Below are positions 45,256 through 55,679 of a stretch of DNA of 64,000 nt, piece by piece. The stretch is from a virus. Its lineage: Duplodnaviria > Caudoviricetes. Location: the IMG/VR virus record IMGVR_UViG_3300036651_002280, positions 589-64,588 of that record; one strand, 5' to 3'. Position numbers and translations under genes: made by a program. Under the pieces are notes generated by a model. The model searched no databases. It saw only the letters and a list, made by a program, of their open reading frames with translations, and had not been told where the DNA came from. Each line of letters begins with the position of its first letter. Position 1 is the stretch's first letter.

Positions 45256-45678
45256 CTACTGCCGCGAGGCGCGGCGGTGCGCGTCCTCGGCGATGATCTC
45301 CAGGAGGCGCCCGACCACGGCGGCGCGCTGCTCCTCGGTGACCTCATCGTCGCCGAAGAAGCGAGCGGCGGCCGCTGGCAGGTCCGTCGACGAGACGTCG
45401 ATGTTGTACCCCGCGGCCACCTGCGCAGCGCGTGCCAGTTCCTCGTGGGAGATCGGCAGCACCTTGGAGAGTCGCTCCACCAGATCTGGCGGCACCTTGT
45501 GCCCACGAGGCCAGTTGGCCCTCGTGTTCAGGTGGTACATGACGCCAGCGCGCTCGCTGTCGCTGTAGCCAGCGCGGCGGATCACCTCTCGCACGGAGAC
45601 GTTCTGACCCTCCTCGCGGATCAGACGGCGGCGTGCGTCTTCGACTGCCTGCACGAATACATCCATCGTGCGTCGCAT
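45256..45678 (-). CDS. Putative immunity repressor
   Basis: Divergent from xis; SVREVIRRAG..YHL HTH-like; P....RL..VL. Confidence 0.65.
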   Translation of the reverse strand: MRRTMDVFVQAVEDARRRLIREEGQNVSVREVIRRAGYSDSERAGVMYHLNTRANWPRGHKVPPDLVERLSKVLPISHEELARAAQVAAGYNIDVSSTDLPAAAARFFGDDEVTEEQRAAVVGRLLEIIAEDAHRRASRQ

Positions 45679-45764
45679 CTTAGGGCCCTTTCACCTCCCC
45701 GGTCCTAACCGCTTCCCCCATCTGCCTCATAGGTGGCAGGCGGCACCGGCTGTTCACGGGAAGC

Positions 45765-45829
45765 ACAGTATCGCGCGCAATGCAACTTGTCCAGACTCCC
45801 TTGCACTGTGTCCGAAGTCGTCATACGCT
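45765..45829. promoter_or_regulatory. Divergent SigA-type promoters (genetic switch)
   Basis: Plus: TTGCAC-N17-TACGCT (45801-45829); minus: TGGACA-N17-TACTGT (45793-45765). Confidence 0.65.
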
Positions 45830-45886
45830 GTCTGCACAAGCTCGTCAGTGACGCAAGGCACCAAAGAGGGGGGAGAGCAGCATCTT

Positions 45887-46105
45887 ATGACCCAGGCCAC
45901 TCGTGCCGAAAGCCGGTCCGACCTGCAGCTTTACAACGTCGAGGAGGCCGCTGCGATCCTCCGGGTCAGCAAGCGGCAGCTCTACCAGCTGGTCCGCGAC
46001 CGCCGCGTCCCCCACCGCAAGGTGAAGGGAGTGTCCGTCAGGTTCAGCCAGTCGGACATCGAGCAGATCCTCGCCGACTCGTATCGCCCGCCGGTCGAGT
46101 CGTGA
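45887..46105 (+). CDS. Excisionase/Cro-like HTH_17 protein
   Basis: YNVEEAA.IL.VS...LY.LV....PH.K....VRF. Confidence 0.8.
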   Translation: MTQATRAESRSDLQLYNVEEAAAILRVSKRQLYQLVRDRRVPHRKVKGVSVRFSQSDIEQILADSYRPPVES

Positions 46106-46335
46106 TGAAGAAGGCCGCCGAAGACGTCGTCATCGCCACGGCCGAGCGGCTGGTCCGCAAGTGCGGCCGGATGCGCGTCGCACTACGTCAGATCACTGAC
46201 TGGGCCAACGCCGCGTCATCGCTCTACGACCCCATCGCCGATCGCTACTCGCTACAGCTGCCGGGGGAACTGGTGCGCCGCATCCGCGAGCTGGTCGACG
46301 ACGGGTCGCACACGGAGTCGAAGGGCTCCGCATAA
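46105..46335 (+). CDS. Hypothetical protein
   Basis: Coupled to xis. Confidence 0.5.
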   Translation: MKKAAEDVVIATAERLVRKCGRMRVALRQITDWANAASSLYDPIADRYSLQLPGELVRRIRELVDDGSHTESKGSA

Positions 46336-46398
46336 GGCCCCGGCGCGACCTGCCAAGGGGCGGTCGCGCCGGGAGCCAGATGTCCGGCTCGCGCCGGG

Positions 46399-48323
46399 AT
46401 GACCCCCACCACCTGGGAGACAGGACCAATCATGCACGACAACACGACCGAACGCCCCGACAACGGGATGCGCGCCCTGCTGGGCGAGGACGCCTTCGAG
46501 CAGCTGTACAGCCCGCAGACCCAGATGGCGCTCGCGCTGGGCCGGGTCAAGCACACCAGCCAGATCTACGCGGGCACCGTCCCGGCCGCCACCGTGGCCA
46601 AGCGGCGGGTCCGCAACAAGGTCGCCCGTGCCTCGCGCCGGGCCAACCGGCTGGCCGCCCGCCGCCAGGCAGCCCACCGTGCGTGACCTGCCCTGGCAGC
46701 CCGCCCCCAACAGCCGGGTGCGGGTCGAGCCCAAGGACGACGCCCTCAGCCCCCCCGGTGTCTGGCGGGTGCTGGCCCACGGGCCGTCCGCGCCCACCGC
46801 CTGGTGGATCTACGCCCACGACGACGAAGCCCGCCAGTGGGTCGACGCCAACCGGCGCCAGACCACCTCCGGCTGCGTCGAGATCACCGGCAACCGCCTC
46901 ATCCCCGCCCACCGCCAGCTCAGTTTGGAGCCCCGCTCGTGACCGAGACCCCCACCACCGCCCCGCCCGTCGTCCCGCTCGACGACCTGGCCGACGACCT
47001 GGAGACCTACCGGCTGGCCAAGGCCGAGATCGCCAAGTGGAAGTCGGTGCAGGAGGCCGCGGCCCGCAAGATCCAGGAGCGCCTCGGCGACGCCGTCGAG
47101 GGCACCATCGACGGCCACAAGGTCGTCAGCTGGGGCTGGCGCTACCCGGAGCGGGTGGACGTCAAGAAGCTGCGCGAGAAGCTCGGCGACGAGCTGCTGC
47201 GCGCCCAGGGATTCCTGAAGGTCAACCCCCAGGGCGAGCGCCGGTTCGAGGTCGAGGACTGATGGCCACCCCGTACCCGGTGCTCCGGTACCCCGGCAAC
47301 GTCTCCGGCGCCGACGCGCTACAGGAAGGCTGCCTGCTCGGCTGGGACGTCGTCGGCCGCCCCTACGAGGTGATCGACACCGAGTGGATCCCGGAGGGCG
47401 AGCCAAACCCCGACTGCGGCACCTGTCACGGCTCCGGCATCGACCCGGCCGACGCGCTGGAGGAGCCCGACGACGAGGGCCCGTGCCCCAGGTGTGTGGG
47501 CCACACCGACGTCTTCCTGCAGTACGCCACCCCCGAGCACATCCGGGAGCAGGCCGCCGAGCTGCAGGCCACCGGGATGCGGCTGCAGAAGTTCGAGCTG
47601 GAGATCCAGCTTCGGGCGGCCCGGCCCGCGGCCGCGGGCAGGCAGAAGTGACCCGGCCGCCGATGCGCGTCGACTGCGACGTCTGCGGAGCCAAGCAGCT
47701 CCGCACGCTGCCCGACGGTCGCCTCCCCTTCCACTACTCCGTCGCCCCCGGCATCGGCCGGGCCTGCAACGGCACCCCCGAGAACGCCGAGACCCAGGAG
47801 GCACCGAAGTGATCGCCACCCACGAGGCCCGCTGCTCGCTGACCGAGCTGTACGTCTCCCAGTGCGCGCACTGCCGCCACGTCGAGCAGCCCGCGCTGAT
47901 CGGCACGCACGAGGTCGGCATCCGGATCCGGGCCCAGTACAACGGCACCTGCACCGTGTGCCTCGGCCCGATCCGGGAGGGCGAGCAGATCGCCCGCGTG
48001 CTCGACGGCGGCGGCTGGGCGTGCGAGGGGTGCCTGGCGTGAACCGGCCGCGGATCGTCAACGTCGGCGCCGTCACCGAGGACTTGGAGTCCGAGGAGAT
48101 CCGCATCCACGGCTGGGGTCTCGGCCCCTGCGCGGCCAACTGCGCCTGCCACCGGCACCCCGAGACCAACCAGCTCAGCCTGCTCGAAGACGCGGTCAAC
48201 GGGCGGCTCGGCCTCACCACCTACCGCGACGACTGCGAGTGCTGCGAGCCCTGGACGGTCGAGGAGCTGGCCGCCGTCGTGAGCGATCTCCGATCCATCT
48301 CCGACTGGGAGGACACCGCCTGA
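46399..48323 (+). CDS. Run of small overlapping hypothetical genes (46399-46686, 46679-46942, 46939-47262, 47262-47651, 47648-47812, 47809-48042, 48039-48323), several Cys-rich
   Basis: GTGA/TGATG couplings; 46939-47262 resembles the C-terminal part of YqaJ-type proteins. Confidence 0.55.
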
Positions 48324-48838
48324 TGGCCCTCACCCCCCGCGTGCTCGGGATCGACCCGTCGATCTCGCAGACCGGCATCTGCTACCCCGACGGCATCTTC
48401 AAGATCTGCCGCGGCGACGCCGCCCTCGGCGACCTGCGGCTGGCGATGATCTACGAGGACGTCGACTTCGCCTGCCTGAGCTACAAGCCCCAGCTGGCCG
48501 TCATCGAAGACCTGCCGACCCACGCCCACGGCGCCGGGATCACCGGCATGGTGCAGGGCGTCGTGCGCCTCGCGCTGCAGCAGCACGGCGTGCCCTACGT
48601 CAAGGTCGTCCCCTCGACGCTGAAGAAGTACGCCACCGGCAACGGCCGGGCCGACAAGTCCGACCTGCGCATGGAGCTGTTCAAGCGCACCGCGATCGAC
48701 GAGCGCAACGACAACCTGGTCGACGCCTGGTGGCTGCGGCACATGGGCCTCGACCACCTGGGCCACGCCCCCGTCGACCTGCCCGCCGCCCAGCGCGCCT
48801 CCCTGAAGGTGCCGACCTGGCCGGAGGAGCTGCCGTGA
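48323..48838 (+). CDS. ruvC: RuvC-like Holliday junction resolvase
   Basis: VLGIDPS..TG, VIED, P.TLKKYATGNG.ADK, DN..DA. Confidence 0.85.
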   Translation: MALTPRVLGIDPSISQTGICYPDGIFKICRGDAALGDLRLAMIYEDVDFACLSYKPQLAVIEDLPTHAHGAGITGMVQGVVRLALQQHGVPYVKVVPSTLKKYATGNGRADKSDLRMELFKRTAIDERNDNLVDAWWLRHMGLDHLGHAPVDLPAAQRASLKVPTWPEELP

Positions 48839-49398
48839 ACCGCCGGACCCTGCTGGCCGTCGTCGGCCTCGGCGCCGTCGGCTTCACCGGACTGCTGGCC
48901 CTGCTACCCAACCCGCTGCGGCGCTGGGTGCTGGCCGAGGTGGACCGCCTCACCGACGAAGTCGTGGCCGCCGCCGTGAACGCCTGGAGTGACCCTGGAG
49001 AGGAGTACGTCCGTGCCCAAGCATGAACTGTCCGAGGAGCTGAAGCACAGCGCGACCAGGGCCTCGGTGAAGCGCCCTGGCCGCACCCAGGGCATGTGGC
49101 GGGTCCAGGTCCGTCGCGCCGGGCTGGTCACGCGCACCTCCTGGCACCGCGAGTTCCAGGCGGCGCTCGACGACGCCCTCCTGGTGGTGTCGCTGTGACC
49201 GGGTGGCGGAAGCTGGCCAGCAGGCCCGGCTTCTGGGTGCTGGTGCAGTGGATCCCGTGGCTGCTGGTCATCGTGGCCGCCTGGCCACTGCCCACCTGGC
49301 GCTACCTGCTGGCCGTGTTCGCCGCGTTCGCCTACGGATGGACCGAGTCGGGCTACTGGAAGGCGAAGCGCGGCGACTTCGGGGCGCGCGATGTCTGA
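48835..49398 (+). CDS. Three small genes (48835-49026, 49013-49198, 49195-49398), two membrane-like
   Basis: Overlapping starts and stops; hydrophobic segments. Confidence 0.45.
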
Positions 49399-50218
49399 GC
49401 CGTTCACGCCGCCGACCCAGCTGCTGCTCGGCGACCTCGAAGCCGTCATCCGCGACTACGCCCGCGCCGACTGGCGCAGCCAGCAGGTCGAGCTGGGCCC
49501 CTCCGAGGTCGGGCAGTCCTGCCAGCGGCGCCTGGCGCTGACCATCCTCGGGGCCAAGCCGATCAACGACGACCGCGACGAGTGGACGTCCAGCGTCGGC
49601 ACCGCCATCCACACCTGGATGGCCAAGGCGCTCATCGCCGCCAACGAGCGGCTGGTCGCCGCGGGTCAGCCGCCGCGATGGCTGGTCGAGCAGGAGACCG
49701 AGGTCCGCACCGGGATGGTCGGGCACACCGACGCCTACGACCTGTGGACCCACACCGTAGTCGACCACAAGTTCCCCGGCGTCACCTCGATCCGCAAGTA
49801 CCGGAAGAAGGGCAACCCCGGCCAGCAGTACCGCTGGCAGGCGCACCTGTACGGCCGGTCCTGGGCGAAGCTCGGCTTCCCGGTGAAGAACGTGGCCATC
49901 GCGCTGTACCCGCGGTCCGGCCTGGTCCGGGACAGCTGGCTGTGGCAGGAGGCGTACTCCCCGGCCATCGCCGACGAGGCGCTCGCGCACATCGACTCGC
50001 TGATGACCGCGATGGACATCGCCGAGTCGATGGGGGAGCTGCCGACGCTGATCTCCTCACTGGAGCGCGACTGCGAGCACTGCGGCTGGTGCCCGTTCTT
50101 CAACGGCGGGCCGAACGTCCCCGACGACCCGACGCTGGCCTGCGGCGGCCCGTTCGAGGACCCCGGCTACGCCGAGCAGTCCGCGGCCAAGGCCCGCTCG
50201 ATCCCAGGGATTCTCTGA
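49391..50218 (+). CDS. Cas4-like PD-(D/E)xK exonuclease
   Basis: GPSE.G..C.R, GTAIH, GH.D..D....VDHK, Q.HLY, C.HC.WCP. Confidence 0.8.
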   Translation: MSEPFTPPTQLLLGDLEAVIRDYARADWRSQQVELGPSEVGQSCQRRLALTILGAKPINDDRDEWTSSVGTAIHTWMAKALIAANERLVAAGQPPRWLVEQETEVRTGMVGHTDAYDLWTHTVVDHKFPGVTSIRKYRKKGNPGQQYRWQAHLYGRSWAKLGFPVKNVAIALYPRSGLVRDSWLWQEAYSPAIADEALAHIDSLMTAMDIAESMGELPTLISSLERDCEHCGWCPFFNGGPNVPDDPTLACGGPFEDPGYAEQSAAKARSIPGIL

Positions 50219-50481
50219 TGAGCCGCCGCTACCCGCCCGGCTACGCGGGCGACCGACCCGGCCGCGAGCTGTCCCGCGAATACGTCGAGCGCGTCGTCAT
50301 GCCGCTCATCCAGGCCGGGTGGATCTACCACAAGAGCAACCGCGACGGCCGCGGGAAACCGCGGCTGATCGGGCCCGACGGGCAGCGCTACTCGCTGCCG
50401 AACACGCCCACCGACTGCCGGTCGGTGAAGAACGCCCAGGCCGACGTCCGCAGATTGCTGCGAGAGAGGAGGGCTGCGTGA
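50218..50481 (+). CDS. HicA-like protein
   Basis: GW.....G..RL..PDG....P.TP.D.R...N..AD.RR. Confidence 0.5.
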   Translation: MSRRYPPGYAGDRPGRELSREYVERVVMPLIQAGWIYHKSNRDGRGKPRLIGPDGQRYSLPNTPTDCRSVKNAQADVRRLLRERRAA

Positions 50482-50819
50482 TGTCGCGCGGCACGACGAA
50501 CGGCAACGTCCGCGGGTCCAACGCCCAGCGGCGCGCCCGGCGGCGCTACCTCGTCGACCGCGACGGCTGGCGGCTACCCGACGGCACCGGCGTCGTCTGC
50601 TGCTACCGCTGCGCGGTCCCGCTGCTGCAGGACGAGGACCCGGAGGCGCCCGGCCAGTCGATGACCGTCGACCGGATCCTGCCCGGCTGCCGGGGCGGCA
50701 CCTACGAGCTGTCGAACACGAGGGCGTGCTGCGGGCCGTGCAACCAGGAGACCGGCGGCCAGCTCGGCTACCAGCAGAGGACGGCGCGCGCCCACCACCA
50801 GGAGGACATCGCATCGTGA
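50481..50819 (+). CDS. HNH endonuclease
   Basis: CYRC, TVDRI.PG..GG.Y...N....C..CN. Confidence 0.75.
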   Translation: MSRGTTNGNVRGSNAQRRARRRYLVDRDGWRLPDGTGVVCCYRCAVPLLQDEDPEAPGQSMTVDRILPGCRGGTYELSNTRACCGPCNQETGGQLGYQQRTARAHHQEDIAS

Positions 50820-51078
50820 AGACCTGGCACAACCACACCTTCGCCCGCCGCCACCGTCGCAGCTTCGCGTTCTCGATCTCGGCCGACCGCAAGTACTTCG
50901 CGCTCGACGTGGCGATCGGCCGCCACTCCTGGAGCTTCGAGCTTGGAGTGGTGATCCGGCGACTGACCGGAAACTGTCACTGCCGTCCGACATGATCGGA
51001 CGGCACCCCCAAGACCTCCCCGGCCTGACCGGGGTGGAAGCACCACCGACACCCATCGTTACGAGGAGACGCACCAAG

Positions 51079-51828
51079 ATGTCCCAGCCCTACATCCAGC
51101 CCGACGCCAACGACGTTCTGTTCGGCGGCAGCGGCGCCCCCGCCATCCAGTGGCAGAACCCGGCCACCAACCAGGACTTCCCCGTCGGGACGTTCTACGA
51201 GGGCGAGATCACCAAGCTCGACTCGACCCAGCAGCGCAACATCCAGGACAAGAGCAAGCTCGACTTCTGGCCGGACGGCCGTCCCAAGATGGTCGCGCTG
51301 GTGACCATCCAGACCACCCTGCGCGACCCCCAGGTCGACACCGACGACGGCCAGCGCACCATCTGGGTGTCCGGCAAGTACCTCACCAACGCCGTCCGCG
51401 ACGCCGTCCGCCGGGCCGGTGCCCAGCGGCTCGACCTGGGTGGTCACCTGAAGGTGACCCTGGCCGGGTACGGCAAGCCGGAGCCCGGCTTCCGCGCGCC
51501 GCGGCTGTTCGAGGTCGAGTACCGCAAGCCGGTGCCCGGCGCGGCCAGCGCCAACGACGCGCTCGGGATGAACGGCCAGCAGGTCGCCGTCCAGCCCGAC
51601 CAGGCGCAGGTGCCGGTCCAGCAGGCGGCGCCGGTGCAGCAGCAGCTGCCGCAGCCGGTCGCCCAGGCCGCGCCGGTGCAGCAGGCGGCTCCGGTCGCCG
51701 CTCCGCAGGCCGCCGCGCCCGCGGGGATCCAGTCGGCCCCGGCGGGGATGCCGGACCTGTCCGGCCTGGACCCGAACGCCCGCGCGCTCGTCGAGCGGAT
51801 GTACGCCAACCAGCAGGCCGCCCAGTGA
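51079..51828 (+). CDS. Putative ssDNA-binding protein
   Basis: GAGGAG RBS; Q.R....W.DG.PK, TIQT...D..DDG.R; Gln/Ala/Pro tail. Confidence 0.6.
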   Translation: MSQPYIQPDANDVLFGGSGAPAIQWQNPATNQDFPVGTFYEGEITKLDSTQQRNIQDKSKLDFWPDGRPKMVALVTIQTTLRDPQVDTDDGQRTIWVSGKYLTNAVRDAVRRAGAQRLDLGGHLKVTLAGYGKPEPGFRAPRLFEVEYRKPVPGAASANDALGMNGQQVAVQPDQAQVPVQQAAPVQQQLPQPVAQAAPVQQAAPVAAPQAAAPAGIQSAPAGMPDLSGLDPNARALVERMYANQQAAQ

Positions 51829-52187
51829 GCCACCGGTCGACCGAGCAGATGGCCGGTGACTTCCGGGTCGCGGCCCGGATCATCCGCGAGGGCGGGCTGG
51901 CCAAGGGCTCCTACGAGAAGGGGAGCGCGCACTGCAGCGTCGGCGCGCTCGTGCAGGCCGTCAGCCCCGGCCGGGACCACTACGTCGGCGCCGTCAGCCA
52001 GGTGAACGACCACGTCGAGCTGCTGGCCGACCTGCTCGGCACTCCGCCGTCCGAGCCGTGCTCGTGCGGCCACCCGGACGGCGCCTTCTCCGTCGTCACG
52101 GCCAACAACGACCGGCCGGAGACGACGGAGGAGCAGGTGATCGGCCTGTTTGAGCAGGCCGCGGAGAAGCTGGAGGCAGCGCTGTGA
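51825..52187 (+). CDS. DUF6197-like hypothetical protein
   Basis: G..KG....C..GA, ND.P.TT.EQV..LF. Confidence 0.6.
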   Translation: MSHRSTEQMAGDFRVAARIIREGGLAKGSYEKGSAHCSVGALVQAVSPGRDHYVGAVSQVNDHVELLADLLGTPPSEPCSCGHPDGAFSVVTANNDRPETTEEQVIGLFEQAAEKLEAAL

Positions 52188-52518
52188 CCTGGTGGGCGTG
52201 GCTGATCATCGGCGTCGTCGTCTGGTTCACCGTCATCTTCACCGTGGCCATGGTCGCGTCCCTGCGCGCGGCGAAGGTCGCCCGCAAGGAGTTCAGCCGG
52301 GCGTCCGAGGTCAACCTCGGCCCCCGCCGCAGGTCCCACCTGTAGCACCACCTCACCAAGAACAAGGGCAGGCGGCCCCCCACCGGGGCCATCGGACATG
52401 GGGGTCGTCTGCCCTCTGGTGACTGGACTTGTCAGACACCATCTGAGATCCTTATTTCCACGGCCCGAGGCCCACCCACCACCACCGAGCCGGGCTGCTC
52501 ACCTGGGGGAGATCACCC

Positions 52519-53310
52519 ATGAACCACGAAGCCGCACGCGCCGTCGCACGCCTGGAGCAGTACACGCCGCAGGAGCGCCACGAGCTGCTCGACATGCTGG
52601 GCCTGCTCGACGAGACCGGCCGCGCCGTCCGCCCCGACCCCAGCGAAGACGCCCAGCGGGTGATCAACGCGAAGCTCGGCGACCTCGCCGACCGGGTCAC
52701 CACCACCGCGACCAAGGGCCGCATGGCCAAGATCTACGACGAGCCCCCCGTCGCCCGCGCCGAGCTGCCGGTCGGCCTGCGGCTCACCCCGGCCGAGCGC
52801 GACCAGCTGTACGGCCCGCCGCCGAAGCCCAAGCGGCAGCCGAAGCCGAAGGCGAAGCCGACCAGCACGCGCCGCGGCCGTCCCGTCGGCTCTGGGCGCA
52901 ACCCCGACCTGCTGCCGCCCACCACCGACGAGTTCTGCGGCACGCTGACCGGCCGCAACCGGCACGCCCGGCGCGGCGAGTCCATGTGCGACCCCTGCCG
53001 CGAGCGCTACAACGCCTGGCAGCGCGAGTTCAAGGACAAGCGGCGCGCGGCCACCGGCGGCAGCAAGCGCAAGCCCGCCCAGTGCGGCACCCCCAGCGGC
53101 GCACGCGCGCACCGGCGCAAGGGCGAGGAAGTCTGCCAGCCCTGCCTGGAGGCCCGCCGCGCCGACGGACGTCGCCAGTGGTACGAGCGCGAGGCCAAGC
53201 GCAAGGCCGCCGAGGCGGCCGCCGCCGGGGGAGCGGACGTCGGACTGGCTGACCTGATCACCGCCCCGCTGGCGGACGCCTTCGACCAGGCGGTGGGGCA
53301 GGCGTCGTGA
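52519..53310 (+). CDS. Basic protein with two CGT..G..H.R.GE..C..C motifs
   Basis: Repeated Zn-binding motif; GGGGAG RBS. Confidence 0.65.
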   Translation: MNHEAARAVARLEQYTPQERHELLDMLGLLDETGRAVRPDPSEDAQRVINAKLGDLADRVTTTATKGRMAKIYDEPPVARAELPVGLRLTPAERDQLYGPPPKPKRQPKPKAKPTSTRRGRPVGSGRNPDLLPPTTDEFCGTLTGRNRHARRGESMCDPCRERYNAWQREFKDKRRAATGGSKRKPAQCGTPSGARAHRRKGEEVCQPCLEARRADGRRQWYEREAKRKAAEAAAAGGADVGLADLITAPLADAFDQAVGQAS

Positions 53311-55679
53311 TGCCGGAGCCCGCTCCGCAGCTGCAGGACGCCGCCCTTGCCTGGGAGCAGGCCGGGGTCAGCGTCCTCACGGCGGCGGCAGACGGGTCGA
53401 AGCGTCCGGCGGTCGACTGGAAGCAGTACCAGCAGCGGCGCGCCAGCCGGGCCGAGCTGCTGCCCATGCTCGACGGCGCGGAGGGCATCGGCCTCATCTG
53501 CGGCCGCGTCTCCGGCGACCTGGAGATGTTCGAGCTGGAGTCGGCCGCCGTCGAGGACGGGATGCACCTCGCGCTGCGCGACCTGTTCGTCGCCTCCGGC
53601 TTCCCCGAGCTGTGGGACAAGATCAACACCTACGTCGAGCAGTCCCCGGCCGGTGGCCTGCACTGGATCTACCGGGTCGACGGCACCGTGCCGGGCAACA
53701 CGAAGCTGGCCCGCCGCCGCGTCAACGGCGCCATCCAGGTGCTCATGGAGACGCGCGGCGAGGGCGGCTGGGTCGTCGTCGCACCCTCCGCGGGTCGCAC
53801 CCACCCCACCGGCAAGGCGTGGCAGGTGCTGCCCGGCAGTCGGCCCGGTGTCGTGCCGACGCTGACCGCCGACGAGCACCAGACGCTGCACCGGCTGGCC
53901 GCCACCTTCGACGCCGCCGACACCTTCGTCGCGCCGGTCGAGCCGCCGGTCGCACCCCGGAACCCCGGCGAGCGGGCGCCCGGCGACGAGTACAACGAGC
54001 GCACCGACTGGGCCGACATCCTCATCCCGGCGGGCTGGACGCTGGTCTACACCCGGCCCGACGGCACGCGCGCCTGGCGCCGTCCGGGCAAGCGCGTCGG
54101 GATCTCGGCGACCACCGGCTACGGCGAGCAGGGGCTGGACCTGCTCTACGTCTTCACCTCCTCGACCGAGTTCGAGCAGCAGAAGTCGTACTCGAAGCTC
54201 GGCGCCTACGCGGTGCTGCGCACCGGCGGGGACTTCGGCAAGGCGGCCAGCGAGCTGCGGAAGGCGGGCTTCGGCGACCCTCTGCCGCCCCAGGAGCGCC
54301 ACAACCCGCTCACCCTCATCCACGGCGAGGGGCAGGGAGGGGTCGCCAGCCCGGCCAGCGCCCCGTGGAGCCCTCAGACGTCATCTGAGGTGTCTGGACA
54401 GCCGGAAGCCGAGGATGAGCCCGCCTGGGCCGAACTGGACCTGTCGGAGTACCTCGACGGCACCTTCGTCCCCCTGGTGCCGGAGCTGATGGCCCGCAGT
54501 GACGGCTTCCACCTCCTGTACCGCGGCAAGGTCCACTCGTTCCACGGCGAGAGCGAGAGCGGGAAGTCCTGGATCGGCCTGCATGCCATCGCCGAGCAGC
54601 TGAAGGCCGGGAACCGCGCGGCCATGATCGACTTCGAGTCGGACGCGCACACGATCGTCGGCCGCCTGCTGCTCATGGGCGTGCCCGCCGAGGCGATCCG
54701 CACCCTGTTCAGCTACCGGCACCCGGACATCAACCCGTTCGCCAGCGCCCGCGAGTTCCAGCAGTGGGAGAAGCTGGTCACCGGCCGGTTCGAGGTCATC
54801 CTGATCGACGGCATCACCGAGGCGCTGAACGTCTTCAGCGTCGCCTCGAAGGACAACGACGAGGTGACCGGCTGGATCCGGTCGGTGCCGCGCAAGCTGG
54901 CCTGGTCGACCGGCGCGGCCGTGATCATGGTCGACCACGTCACGAAGGACCCCGACTCGCGCGGTCGGTTCGCCATCGGCGCCCAGTCGAAGATGACCAC
55001 GCTCGACGGCGCCGCGTACATGGTCGAGGTACTGGAGCCCCTGGGCGTCGGGCTCATCGGCCGCATCTCGATGCGGGTGGCCAAGGACCGCAACGGTTCC
55101 ATCCGGCCGCGCTCGGGCCCCTACCGCAAGGGCGACCACAGCCAGGAGGCCGCGGTCGTCACGGTCAACAGCGCCGTGGACGACGTCACGACCGTCACCG
55201 TCGACCCGCCGCGGATGGACACCCAGGACACCCCGGCGGACGAGCGACGCCCATTCCGGCCGACCGGGCTGATGGAGCGCGTCAGCCGCGCGCTGGAGCT
55301 GGCGAACGCCTGCATGAGCCGGACCGCCATCAAGACGACGGTCACCGGTCGGAAGGAGTACGTCGGCCAGGCGATCGACTTCCTGATCGCGGACGGCTAC
55401 GTCGCCGAGGACGGTCCGTCGCTCAACGGCGGCAAGCCGACGATCCGTCTGATCAAGCCCTTCCGGGAGAGCGGCGACCCGGCCCCCGATCTTGATCCGT
55501 CCGAACTGATCCCCGACGCCCGCTCGACGACCCGGACCCAGCCCCGTGTCTACGACACCGGGTCGGGTGGGCCGGGTCCGGTCGGCTCCGAGACCCAGCC
55601 CCGCGGGCCGGGTCGGGCTGGGTCCGGGTCGGGTCCTGACCAGCTCTCGATGAGCGAGGGAGATGACCTTGATGACTAG
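53307..55679 (+). CDS. Bifunctional DNA primase/polymerase - AAA helicase
   Basis: K.P...WK.YQ, G.I.G.VSG.L, SP.GG.H, RGEGG.VV.APS; GESESGKS, IDFE, IDG, DH..K. Confidence 0.88.
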   Translation: MMPEPAPQLQDAALAWEQAGVSVLTAAADGSKRPAVDWKQYQQRRASRAELLPMLDGAEGIGLICGRVSGDLEMFELESAAVEDGMHLALRDLFVASGFPELWDKINTYVEQSPAGGLHWIYRVDGTVPGNTKLARRRVNGAIQVLMETRGEGGWVVVAPSAGRTHPTGKAWQVLPGSRPGVVPTLTADEHQTLHRLAATFDAADTFVAPVEPPVAPRNPGERAPGDEYNERTDWADILIPAGWTLVYTRPDGTRAWRRPGKRVGISATTGYGEQGLDLLYVFTSSTEFEQQKSYSKLGAYAVLRTGGDFGKAASELRKAGFGDPLPPQERHNPLTLIHGEGQGGVASPASAPWSPQTSSEVSGQPEAEDEPAWAELDLSEYLDGTFVPLVPELMARSDGFHLLYRGKVHSFHGESESGKSWIGLHAIAEQLKAGNRAAMIDFESDAHTIVGRLLLMGVPAEAIRTLFSYRHPDINPFASAREFQQWEKLVTGRFEVILIDGITEALNVFSVASKDNDEVTGWIRSVPRKLAWSTGAAVIMVDHVTKDPDSRGRFAIGAQSKMTTLDGAAYMVEVLEPLGVGLIGRISMRVAKDRNGSIRPRSGPYRKGDHSQEAAVVTVNSAVDDVTTVTVDPPRMDTQDTPADERRPFRPTGLMERVSRALELANACMSRTAIKTTVTGRKEYVGQAIDFLIADGYVAEDGPSLNGGKPTIRLIKPFRESGDPAPDLDPSELIPDARSTTRTQPRVYDTGSGGPGPVGSETQPRGPGRAGSGSGPDQLSMSEGDDLDD

